Origin: Acidobacteriota bacterium
GTDB lineage: Bacteria > Acidobacteriota > Vicinamibacteria > Vicinamibacterales > UBA2999
DNA: 64,000 bases
Assembly (NCBI GenBank): GCA_052389315.1
Contig: JBQTIE010000051.1
Location: 2,793 to 66,792, forward strand
Direction of reading: 5' to 3'
The notes under the pieces were generated by a model. The model did no database searches. It was not told the origin of the DNA and worked only from the letters and a program-made list of their open reading frames with translations. Shown here in pieces: positions 50,661-58,769 of the stretch. The position numbers and the translations under genes were made by a program. Within the stretch, counting starts at the first letter, position 1, and each line of letters opens with the position of its first letter.

Positions 50661-51511
50661 GGCGCCAGCACCGCCACGGCCGTGGTGAGGAAGTACAGGA
50701 TGCCGACGTAGCCGTTGAGATCGAAGGCCCGTTTCACCTGCGAGAGGTCGTCGGGACCGACCAGCGACTGCTCGTAGGTCAGGAGGACGGCCACCATGGC
50801 CACACCCGCCAGGTAAATGGTCCCCAGCGGCACCACGACCGCCAGCAACGCCATCGCGGCAACCGCACTGACGTGCATCGCCCGAGAAATCACCAGGGCG
50901 CGGCGGATGCCGAAGCGGACGGGAATCGATCGCAGACCGTGCGAACGATCGAACGCCTCATCCTGACACGCGTAGAGGACGTCGAACCCACCGACCCAGC
51001 AGCCCACTGCCCAACCCAGCAGCCACGGCGCCCACCCCCACCCCCCACCAGCCGCCAGCCATCCCCCGATCGGTGCCACCGCCATCGCGAGGCCGAGGAA
51101 CGCCTGCGTGAACACGGTGTAGCGCTTGGCGAGCGAGTACCAGAACACGATCGCGAGCGCGAGCGGAGACAGCGCGGCACAGAGCCAGCTCAGCTGCCAC
51201 GACGCGCCCACAAATACCACTGACGACACCGCCACGAACCAGATCGCTTCAACGCGCGACATGGCCCCGCGGGGCAGCTCGCGCATCGCTGTGCGCGGGT
51301 TCAGCGCGTCGAAGCGGGCGTCCACCAGCCGGTTGAACCCCATGGCCGCGCTCCTGGCCGCCACCATCGCCACGATGATCCAACCGACGCGCGTCCAGGT
51401 CAGGGGTTGAACGCGCCCGGCAAGGAGGGCTCCGGTCAGCGCAAACGGCAGCGCGAACACCGTGTGCGAGAACCGCACGAAAGACAGGTAGGTGCGAATG
51501 CGCCCGATCAT
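50657..51511 (-). CDS. UbiA-family polyprenyltransferase, MqnP-like by context
   Basis: FVRFSHTVFALPFALTGALLA and NRLVDARFDALNPRTAMRELPRG Asp-rich motifs, multi-TM. ATG 51511 gives an ATGA overlap with the upstream stop; the track start is 51523. Confidence 0.72.
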   Translation of the reverse strand: MIGRIRTYLSFVRFSHTVFALPFALTGALLAGRVQPLTWTRVGWIIVAMVAARSAAMGFNRLVDARFDALNPRTAMRELPRGAMSRVEAIWFVAVSSVVFVGASWQLSWLCAALSPLALAIVFWYSLAKRYTVFTQAFLGLAMAVAPIGGWLAAGGGWGWAPWLLGWAVGCWVGGFDVLYACQDEAFDRSHGLRSIPVRFGIRRALVISRAMHVSAVAAMALLAVVVPLGTIYLAGVAMVAVLLTYEQSLVGPDDLSQVKRAFDLNGYVGILYFLTTAVAVLAP

Positions 51512-52731
51512 GGCTCCACCCACCGAATTTCCTTCTCCTCGACGCCATTGACCAGCCGCTCTTCAGGATCCGCGTCACCGGACGGCGAGAGGTCGACGGT
51601 GATGAGCGCCGCCCGCTTGCCCACTTCGATCGAGCCCAACTCCGCCTCGAGACCCAGCGCGGCGGCGCCATGCAGCGTGGCGCAGGCGAGCAGGGTGCGA
51701 GCCGGCGCCTCTGGCACCAGCCATCGCATGGTCTTGAGCTCGGCGAACAGGTTCATGTCCTCAACGCTCGCGAGACTGTCGGTGCCGATGGCGAGGCGAA
51801 GCCCTGCCGCCAGGAAACGCGACAGCGGAGGAACGCCGACGCCGACCCACTGATTGCTGCGTGGGCAGGTGACGAGCGTACAGCCAATGGCGGCCAGACG
51901 CGCCAATGCGGGCTGCTCCAGCTGCACGCCATGGATCACGAGCGTGCGCGCATCCAGCATCCCGAGATCGTCCAGGTACTCGACCGGATCCACGCCCGGC
52001 GGCGTCCACCCGTCGCGCGCGACGCCCAGGCGGCGGAGGATCGCCGGCCAGGGTCCATCGCCGCTCCGCAGGAATGCCACCTCGCTTTCCGACTCCGCGA
52101 GATGCACGGCCGTGATGGGCACCGCACTACGATTCACCTCGCGCCGAATGGCCGCAAACAGCTCGGGCGAGGTCGAGTACGGCGCGTGGGGCGCGATCGA
52201 GACACGCAGGTCGGGTCCGGCGCGCCGGGCGGCCGCTTCGCGGGCCGTTCGCGTCGCGTCAACCAACGCCCCGTCGGTCACGTTGAATCCCAGCAGCTCG
52301 TGAAACACGATGCCCGCCAACCCGTTCTCTCGAATGGCGTCGACCGATGCCAGTGAGTTGGTGATGTCGCCGACGGCAATCGTACCGAACTCCCGGGCTT
52401 CGCGCGCAGCCTGCCTCGCCGCGTCGAGCACCGCAGGGTCGTCGGCGGATTCGTGGCGACCGCCGCGCGTCACGACGAGCCGGGTGACCCAGTCGATGAA
52501 GCTCGCGGCCGGCGGCACCCGGCCGCGCAGCCAGGACAGCTCCAGGTGCGTGTGGGCATTGACCAGCGCAGGCATCAGGAGAACCCGTCCCAGATGCCTG
52601 CACGGATTCTCCGGCGGCGCCTGACCGGCACGGCCAATGCCTGCGATACGTCCCCGGTGTAGTTCGACCCACCCGTCGCGAATGGGCGGCTCGGTGATCG
52701 GGCAGACCCACTCCGCCCGCACGCAGGTCAT
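51508..52731 (-). CDS. COG0402-type amidohydrolase, candidate aminodeoxyfutalosine deaminase by context
   Basis: LLMPALVNAHTHLELSWLRG (HxH metal site), ...VHLAESESE..., IGTDSLAS. Embedded in the mqn operon with 4-nt overlaps on both sides. Confidence 0.6.
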   Translation of the reverse strand: MTCVRAEWVCPITEPPIRDGWVELHRGRIAGIGRAGQAPPENPCRHLGRVLLMPALVNAHTHLELSWLRGRVPPAASFIDWVTRLVVTRGGRHESADDPAVLDAARQAAREAREFGTIAVGDITNSLASVDAIRENGLAGIVFHELLGFNVTDGALVDATRTAREAAARRAGPDLRVSIAPHAPYSTSPELFAAIRREVNRSAVPITAVHLAESESEVAFLRSGDGPWPAILRRLGVARDGWTPPGVDPVEYLDDLGMLDARTLVIHGVQLEQPALARLAAIGCTLVTCPRSNQWVGVGVPPLSRFLAAGLRLAIGTDSLASVEDMNLFAELKTMRWLVPEAPARTLLACATLHGAAALGLEAELGSIEVGKRAALITVDLSPSGDADPEERLVNGVEEKEIRWVEP

Positions 52732-53939
52732 TTGGGCGCGGGAGTCCGCTGGCGCTTCCCGGCGGGGCTCCGGGCAGGATAGTTCATGAGTTCGGCGGGC
52801 ATCGAGACGTCGCCCTCCCCGCGCGACTGCGCAAGTTGAAGCATACGCGGCAGCTCGCGAACGCGGAACACCGGGTCCCCGAGGATCTCGTAATGCATGT
52901 TGCGTCGCTTCGGAGTGAACCCGGCATCCTCGACGTTTCGTACGATCTCGACTTCGTCCATGCAGTAGCTGGCGCCCGCAGCCCTCACGACGTTCTCTTC
53001 GATCATCACGCTACCCATGTCATTGGCGCCGAAGGCGAGGCTCAGCTGCCCGACCTTGCCGCCTTGCGTGACCCATGAGGCCTGGAGATTGTCGAAGTTG
53101 TCGAGCACGAGGCGGGCGATCGCAAGCGTGCGCAGGTAATCAATCCCCGTGGCTTCGTCGCCCCCGCGTTCGGTGTGCTCAGGCTGATAGCTCCACGTGA
53201 TGAAGGCCGTGAAGCCGCCGGTTTCGTCCTGCAGCTCGCGAAGCCTCAGCAGGTGTTCCAGCCGCTCTTCGTCTGTCTCCACCGTCCCGTACATCATGGT
53301 CGCCGTCGTGCGCAACCCGGCCTGGTGGGCTCGCCGCATCACGTCGAGCCACTCGTCTGCGGACGCTTTGCTGTAGCAGTTGAGGAGCTTGCGCACGCGG
53401 TCGACGAGAATCTCCGCCCCTCCTCCCGGGATGCTGTCGAGACCGGCCGACACCAATCGATCGATGACGTCGGCCACGGGCAGGCGCGACATTCGCGACA
53501 GGTGCACAATCTCCGGCGGTGAAAGCGCGTGGAGGCGGAACGCTGGATACCGCTGCTTGACGGCTCGAAACAGGTCCTCGTACCACTCGAGCGGCAGATC
53601 CGGATTGTGGCCGCCCTGCAGCAGCAACTGCACGCCTCCGACGGCGATCGTTTCGTCGATCTTCGAGAAGATCTCCTCGAAGCTCAGGACGTATCCCTGC
53701 TGGTGCCCGACCGGACGGTAAAAGGCGCAAAAATTACACCGCGCCACGCAGACGTTGGTGTAGTTCACGTTGCGGTCGATGATGTAGGTCACGACGCGAC
53801 CGGGGTGCTTTCGGCGCCGCACGCGGTCGGCCATCCGGCCGAGCCAGTGCGTCGAGGCCTGTCGGTAGAGAAACAGTGCCTCGGCCCCGCTCAGCCGTTC
53901 CGCCCGTTCGATTCGCTCCTGCAGGCGATCCAGGGTCAT
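52728..53939 (-). CDS. mqnC: radical SAM menaquinone (futalosine pathway) enzyme, most like MqnC (cyclic dehypoxanthinyl futalosine synthase); MqnE not excluded
   Basis: TYIIDRNVNYTNVCVARCNFCAFYR (CX3CX2C) and ...GQLSLAFGANDMGSVMIEENVVRAAGA. The MqnC versus MqnE choice rests on my memory of family N-terminal patterns. Confidence 0.62.
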   Translation of the reverse strand: MTLDRLQERIERAERLSGAEALFLYRQASTHWLGRMADRVRRRKHPGRVVTYIIDRNVNYTNVCVARCNFCAFYRPVGHQQGYVLSFEEIFSKIDETIAVGGVQLLLQGGHNPDLPLEWYEDLFRAVKQRYPAFRLHALSPPEIVHLSRMSRLPVADVIDRLVSAGLDSIPGGGAEILVDRVRKLLNCYSKASADEWLDVMRRAHQAGLRTTATMMYGTVETDEERLEHLLRLRELQDETGGFTAFITWSYQPEHTERGGDEATGIDYLRTLAIARLVLDNFDNLQASWVTQGGKVGQLSLAFGANDMGSVMIEENVVRAAGASYCMDEVEIVRNVEDAGFTPKRRNMHYEILGDPVFRVRELPRMLQLAQSRGEGDVSMPAELMNYPARSPAGKRQRTPAPK

Positions 53940-53997
53940 CGGATCCTCCGGGTCTCCACCGAATGCCGACCCGGCACGCGCGCGCCTCCCCCGGCTC

Positions 53998-54843
53998 TCA
54001 CGACGCCTCGGACCTCGTCGCCGCGTCGGACGTCGCGACCTCGGAACGCTCCTGCGCGAAGAAGCGCAACTGGCGGAGTTGGGGGGCGAGGCTGAGCTCG
54101 ACCGCCAGTTCGTGGAAGCGTCTCAGCCCCGCCAGCTCCGGCGGTCCGAGGCCGTATTTGAGGTTATCACGCAGGTATTCCAACACCTGCCGCTCGCGTT
54201 TCGCGCTGCCGGCGGCCTCTTGGCGGGCGATCGCCTCCAGCCCGGCTACCCCCCGGTCCCGCGCCGCGTTGAGGGCCTCCACGTGCTCGGGCGTGAGCGC
54301 GCCGGGCCGCCCGCTCCACATGGCATACACGAAGGGGAGGCCAGTCAGAGCGCGCCACTCGCTGCCGAGGTCGGTCTTGAGGATCCCCTGCGCTTCGGAA
54401 TCGATGAACAGTGCCTTGTCCCCGATGACCAGCGCAGCGTCCGCGCGACTCAACATCGCGGCGAGGTCCGGCTCGGCGGGGGTCAGGCGCGGGGCGATGC
54501 CCCACCGCCGCGCACAGAGGATCCGCGTCAAGACCACCGACGTGCGCGAGCTCACGTCCATGGCCAGCACCTTGATCCGTGCCAACGGCACGCGACTGAA
54601 GAGGGCCACCGATGCGATCGGCCCGTCTGAGCCGATCGCAACGCCGGGAGCGACGCGGTAGTCGCCGCGCAGATACTCGATCGCCGGAATGAGGCCGACA
54701 TCCACGCGCCCTTCGTGCAGCAGGGCCGCGCACTGCGCGGGCACGTCGAATCTGACGGTGAAGAGATCTGGCCGGGCGCCGAGCCCATGGACGAGTGGCC
54801 GCGTATTGAGGTACGAGACGGCGCCCAGGCGTACGGGCGTCAT
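53998..54843 (-). CDS. mqnA: chorismate dehydratase MqnA-like (MqnA/MqnD fold)
   Basis: VRLGAVSYLNTRPLVHGL...VGLIPAIEY...FVYAMW. ATG 54843 gives an ATGA overlap with the upstream gene; the track start is 54858. Confidence 0.75.
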   Translation of the reverse strand: MTPVRLGAVSYLNTRPLVHGLGARPDLFTVRFDVPAQCAALLHEGRVDVGLIPAIEYLRGDYRVAPGVAIGSDGPIASVALFSRVPLARIKVLAMDVSSRTSVVLTRILCARRWGIAPRLTPAEPDLAAMLSRADAALVIGDKALFIDSEAQGILKTDLGSEWRALTGLPFVYAMWSGRPGALTPEHVEALNAARDRGVAGLEAIARQEAAGSAKRERQVLEYLRDNLKYGLGPPELAGLRRFHELAVELSLAPQLRQLRFFAQERSEVATSDAATRSEAS

Positions 54844-55685
54844 CGAGGACCTCGCCACTCTCGCGGTTCGAATCCCGCCGCCCGGATGTTGCGCTCCACG
54901 ACCTCAACCGTCTCGCGTCGCTTCCCCAGCGTGGGATCGCTGGTCGCTTCCACGGCGTCGAGATGATTGGCCCCGAAGGTCAGGGCCACCTGTGCCAGCT
55001 TCGGCCCGTAGCGCATCCAATCCACCTCGATGCCTGCCACGCGGGCCGCCTCGTCGCCCGCGGCCAGCGCCAGGCGCGCCAGCGCCACCAGGCGGAGGTC
55101 TTCGTAGCCTGTCGTCGGGCGCTCGGCCGACAAGCGGTGCGGGAGCGGCGCGAAGTACAGGGGTGCTCCAGCGCACGCTCGACACGCGCGCATGCGTTGC
55201 AGAATCTCTCGAGCACGCGGACCGACCGGATCAGCGACCGTCACGCGTCGCGCCTCGATGCCGACGTCCCTGAGGGCACGCATCGACGCGACCGGATCGT
55301 GCAGTCGGTCCACCGGCAGTTCTGCGACATCGGCCCAACCCGCGGCAGCGAGCGCGACCAGCGCTCTGGGCAGCGGTCCCCACGAGCCACGGCAATGCTC
55401 CTCCACGTCAGCCATCGAATAGGCGACGACGCGACGCGGGCCGGCGCCCTGCTTCAGGCGCGCAATCTGCTCGAGGGCGAGCTCCAGCGTTGCGGGTGCC
55501 TCGTAGGCTCGGATTTCCGTCGCGGCGTCAGGGTAGGGGCTGGCGGCGCCCGGCGAGGACGGGGTCACGACGTGCACGCGGAGGAAGGTCACCTCCGAGG
55601 AGGTGTCCTGCAGACGACGCGCCTCGTCCGCCGCCATTCCCAGCGCGAGCAGGTCCGCGGTCCACCATTGATCCAGGTCGGTCAA
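54840..55685 (-). CDS. hypothetical protein, MqnC/MqnE/CofH-like TIM-barrel paralogue lacking the CX3CX2C radical-SAM motif
   Basis: By-eye collinearity with the MqnC at 52728..53939: LGMAADEARRL vs LGRMADRVRRR; PTTGYEDLRLVALARLAL vs EATGIDYLRTLAIARLVL; LAQVALTFGANHLDAVEA vs VGQLSLAFGANDMGSVMIEE; VERNIRAAGFEPRE vs IVRNVEDAGFTPKR. TFLRVHVVTPS replaces the Cys-cluster segment. The start is either TTG 55685 (TTGA overlap) or ATG 55637. Confidence 0.45.
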   Translation of the reverse strand: MTDLDQWWTADLLALGMAADEARRLQDTSSEVTFLRVHVVTPSSPGAASPYPDAATEIRAYEAPATLELALEQIARLKQGAGPRRVVAYSMADVEEHCRGSWGPLPRALVALAAAGWADVAELPVDRLHDPVASMRALRDVGIEARRVTVADPVGPRAREILQRMRACRACAGAPLYFAPLPHRLSAERPTTGYEDLRLVALARLALAAGDEAARVAGIEVDWMRYGPKLAQVALTFGANHLDAVEATSDPTLGKRRETVEVVERNIRAAGFEPREWRGPR

Positions 55686-56608
55686 CTCGCTTTCTCCATT
55701 TGATGGACCACCCGGTCGGCGAGGGCCAGCGCCGCTCGTCCCTGCTCGCCCGTCACCGTGGGCGGCCGCCCGTCGGTGATGGCGGCGATGAAGTCCGCCA
55801 GTTCGCGCGTGAGCGGCTCCTCGTTGGGAATCTCGAGCTTTCCTCCTTCAATCCCGGGCATCTGGTCCGGCCTGGGGACGAGCCGCCAGACTTCCGCCTC
55901 CTGCGCGGCGTAGTCCACCGACACATACGCATCGCGCTGAAAGAAACGGATCTTGCGGACGCGCTCCTTGCTGATCCGGCTCGCCGTCAGGTTGACGATG
56001 CATCCACCCGAAAACCGGAGGCGCACGTTGGCGATGTCCACCCGGGGAGTCAGCACCGGTACGCCGATGGCATCGAGATCGTCAACCGGCTGTCCGACGA
56101 TATCGAGCACGACATCGAGGTCGTGAATCATCAGGTCCAGGACTACGTCGATGTCGAGGCTGCGCGCGGAGAAGGTCCCGAGGCGATGCACCTCGATGAA
56201 GCGCGGCTCACGGATGAGTGGTTTGATTCGCGCGACAGCAGGATTGAAGCGCTCGGTGTGACCGACGCCCAGCACGACACCCTTGTCTCGCGCCAACCGG
56301 ATGAGACGATCGGCGTCCGCAACGGTCGCCGTCACTGGTTTCTCGAGCAGGACGTGGACGCGACTCTCGAGACACGCGCCACCGACTTCCGCATGAGATT
56401 CGGTGGGCGTCGCGATCGTGACGGCGTCGACCTCGGGCACCAAGGCGCGCCAATCCGGAAAGGCGTGCGTGCCGAACTCGGCCGCCACAGCTTCCGCCCG
56501 CTCGCGGTTGCGGTCGGCGGCCCCCACAAGCTCGACGCCGGGAAGGCCCGCGAGAATCCGGACGTGGTGGCGCCCCAGGTGTCCGACGCCGATGACCCCG
56601 ATCCTCAT
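55682..56608 (-). CDS. Gfo/Idh/MocA-family NAD(P)-dependent oxidoreductase
   Basis: MRIGVIGVGHLGRHHVRIL Rossmann N-terminus, EKPV motif (LLEKPVTAT), 308 aa. ATGA overlap with lpxI upstream. Confidence 0.8.
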   Translation of the reverse strand: MRIGVIGVGHLGRHHVRILAGLPGVELVGAADRNRERAEAVAAEFGTHAFPDWRALVPEVDAVTIATPTESHAEVGGACLESRVHVLLEKPVTATVADADRLIRLARDKGVVLGVGHTERFNPAVARIKPLIREPRFIEVHRLGTFSARSLDIDVVLDLMIHDLDVVLDIVGQPVDDLDAIGVPVLTPRVDIANVRLRFSGGCIVNLTASRISKERVRKIRFFQRDAYVSVDYAAQEAEVWRLVPRPDQMPGIEGGKLEIPNEEPLTRELADFIAAITDGRPPTVTGEQGRAALALADRVVHQMEKAS

Positions 56609-57423
56609 GCGGACCGTCCGACAATGACGATGCCAGCCTCATCGGCGGCCACGAGCAGCGGCTCGCGGTCGAACATCAACGTTCTTCCGGCATCGACGGA
56701 CAGCACCGCGGCACCCGCCTGACGCATGGCCAGGACGGTCGCCAGCCCCACGACAGGCACATCGAAGCGCATATCCTGTCCCGGCTTGGCTACCTTGACG
56801 ATGGTGCACCCGGGGCCTGCCAGGTAGCCGGCGCGGCCAATGACCTCGTCGGTCCCCTCCATGGCTTCGACCGCCACCACGGCCTGGTGCTTGACGGCGA
56901 TGGTCTGCCCGATGTCGAGCGCCGCAATCGCGTCGGCCATGCGATAGCCGAACCGCAGGTCCTTCTCGTGTTCGTCGGTCGGTGCCGCGCGGCTGAGCAC
57001 GCCGTCGCCGGCCAGCATCGGCTTCAACAGGGCTGTTGAGTCGAGCAGTTGAATGCCCTCCCGCTCCATCACTTCGGCCACGGCCGAGATCAACGAGTCG
57101 GTGTTGCGAAACGGCAATCGGGCCAGCACGCTCATCATCGTGGCGTCAGGCCAGACACCGCCGAAGATCTTCGTGTGTTTCACCTGCCCGGCCAGCACGG
57201 CGTGCGACACGCCGGCCTCGCCCAGGATCTTCAGGCAGAGGCCCAGTTGGCCCAGCGACACCCAGTGCACGGCCGCCGCCGGGGGCCGGGCCGCCGCCTC
57301 GTTGAGCGCCATCGACGCCTCTTCACGCACGGCGACGACCGTCACTTCGTGGCCCAACGCGCGCGCCGCCTCCAGGACCAGGAACGGAAAGCGCCCGTTG
57401 CCCGCAATGAGCCCCAGCCTCAT
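56605..57423 (-). CDS. lpxI: UDP-2,3-diacylglucosamine diphosphatase LpxI (DUF1009)
   Basis: MRLGLIAGNGRFPFLVLEAARALGHEVTVVAV... and ...DVPVVGLATV. Position after lpxA. Confidence 0.8.
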   Translation of the reverse strand: MRLGLIAGNGRFPFLVLEAARALGHEVTVVAVREEASMALNEAAARPPAAAVHWVSLGQLGLCLKILGEAGVSHAVLAGQVKHTKIFGGVWPDATMMSVLARLPFRNTDSLISAVAEVMEREGIQLLDSTALLKPMLAGDGVLSRAAPTDEHEKDLRFGYRMADAIAALDIGQTIAVKHQAVVAVEAMEGTDEVIGRAGYLAGPGCTIVKVAKPGQDMRFDVPVVGLATVLAMRQAGAAVLSVDAGRTLMFDREPLLVAADEAGIVIVGRSA

Positions 57424-57426
57424 GGA

Positions 57427-58656
57427 TCAACTGTCCGCGTCGTCTTCGTCCGTTACCTTCCCGCGCTTGAGGATGGCCCCGCGCGATGCCGTCCGGATGA
57501 AGCTGACCAGGTAGTCCACTTCCGGGCTTGCCAGGCTGGGGTCGGCCTCAATCTTCTGCAACGCCTGCGTGGCGTTCAACTTGGATTGCAGGAGGTAGCG
57601 GTACGCCCGCTTCAGCCTGGCCAGCGTGTCGTTGGTGAACCCCCGGCGAATCAAGCCGATGGTGTTCAGCCCGTACACGCGGCAGAAGCCCCTGGCGCCG
57701 ACGGTCTTGGCAAACGGCAAGGCGTCTTTGGTGACCACCGAATAGCCGCCAATGAAGGCGTGCCTCCCGACGCGACAGAATTGATGCACGCCCGAGTAAG
57801 CGCTGATCGTCGCAAAGTCATCGACCGCCACGTGTCCGCCCAACGTGGCGCCCGGCGCGAGAATGGTGTCGCTGCCGACGTGACAGTCGTGTGCGACGTG
57901 CACGTAGGCCATGAAGAGATTGCGGTCGCCGATCGTGGTGCGCCCGCCGCCTCCCGCCGTGCCGCGGTGGATCGTGACGCACTCGCGAAAGATGTTGCGC
58001 TGGCCAATCACCAGCTGCGTCGGCTCGCCCCGATATTTCAGGTCCTGCGGCGGCAACCCGATGGAGGCGAACGGATAGAACTCGGTGTCATCGCCCACCG
58101 TGGTGTGGCCGTCGATGACAGCGGAGGCACCAACTCGACATCGACGTCCGAGGACCACGTTCGGACCGATGACGGCATGGGGACCGACTGACGTGCCGCG
58201 TCCGAGCCGCGCGGAAGACGCGACGCTGGCGGTCGAATCGATTTGAACGTCCTCATCCTCGACCACGAGCACGAGGCGGGCCTCAGCCACCGTCTGCCCG
58301 TCCACGCCCGCCGATGCCCGCGCAAAAACGACGTCGCCGCGGCGTCGTTCCAGCGACACCTCCAGCGTCAGCCGATCGCCGGGCACGACCTGCTTGCGGA
58401 ACTTCGCGTCGTCGACGCCACGGAGCGTGACGCGTCCCGCGGGAAACAGCAGCGTGGCCACCTGCGTCAGCGACTCGATCATGAGCACGCCCGGCATCAG
58501 CGGCGCGCCGGGAAAGTGCCCCTGAAAGAACTCCTCGTTGACGGTGACGTTCTTGAACGCGACGACGCGGCGTCCGGGATCCTGCTCCGCGATGTCGTCC
58601 ACGAGGAGGGAGGGATAGCGGAAGGCGAGCCGGTTGATGGCGCTGGCGATGGGCAA
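57427..58656 (-). CDS. fused 3-hydroxyacyl-ACP dehydratase (FabZ) / UDP-GlcNAc O-acyltransferase (LpxA)
   Basis: N-terminal half: FRYPSLLVDDI...FKNVTVNEEFFQGHFPGAPLMPGVLMIESLTQ (FabZ His and Glu motifs). C-terminal half: hexapeptide repeats and LFMAYVHVAHDCHVGSDT...VHQFCRVGRHAFIGG (LpxA). One continuous 409-aa frame with no in-frame start at the junction. TTG start. Confidence 0.85.
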   Translation of the reverse strand: MPIASAINRLAFRYPSLLVDDIAEQDPGRRVVAFKNVTVNEEFFQGHFPGAPLMPGVLMIESLTQVATLLFPAGRVTLRGVDDAKFRKQVVPGDRLTLEVSLERRRGDVVFARASAGVDGQTVAEARLVLVVEDEDVQIDSTASVASSARLGRGTSVGPHAVIGPNVVLGRRCRVGASAVIDGHTTVGDDTEFYPFASIGLPPQDLKYRGEPTQLVIGQRNIFRECVTIHRGTAGGGGRTTIGDRNLFMAYVHVAHDCHVGSDTILAPGATLGGHVAVDDFATISAYSGVHQFCRVGRHAFIGGYSVVTKDALPFAKTVGARGFCRVYGLNTIGLIRRGFTNDTLARLKRAYRYLLQSKLNATQALQKIEADPSLASPEVDYLVSFIRTASRGAILKRGKVTDEDDADS

Positions 58657-58769
58657 GGGCGGGTACAGGATACCTGATCGGCTCTCGCGCCCGGGGAGGA
58701 GCGCCGCCCGGCGCCGTGCAGTGTGGACCGGCGCACCAGCGCGGGGCCGCGCGCGGCTTGGCCGCGGGG

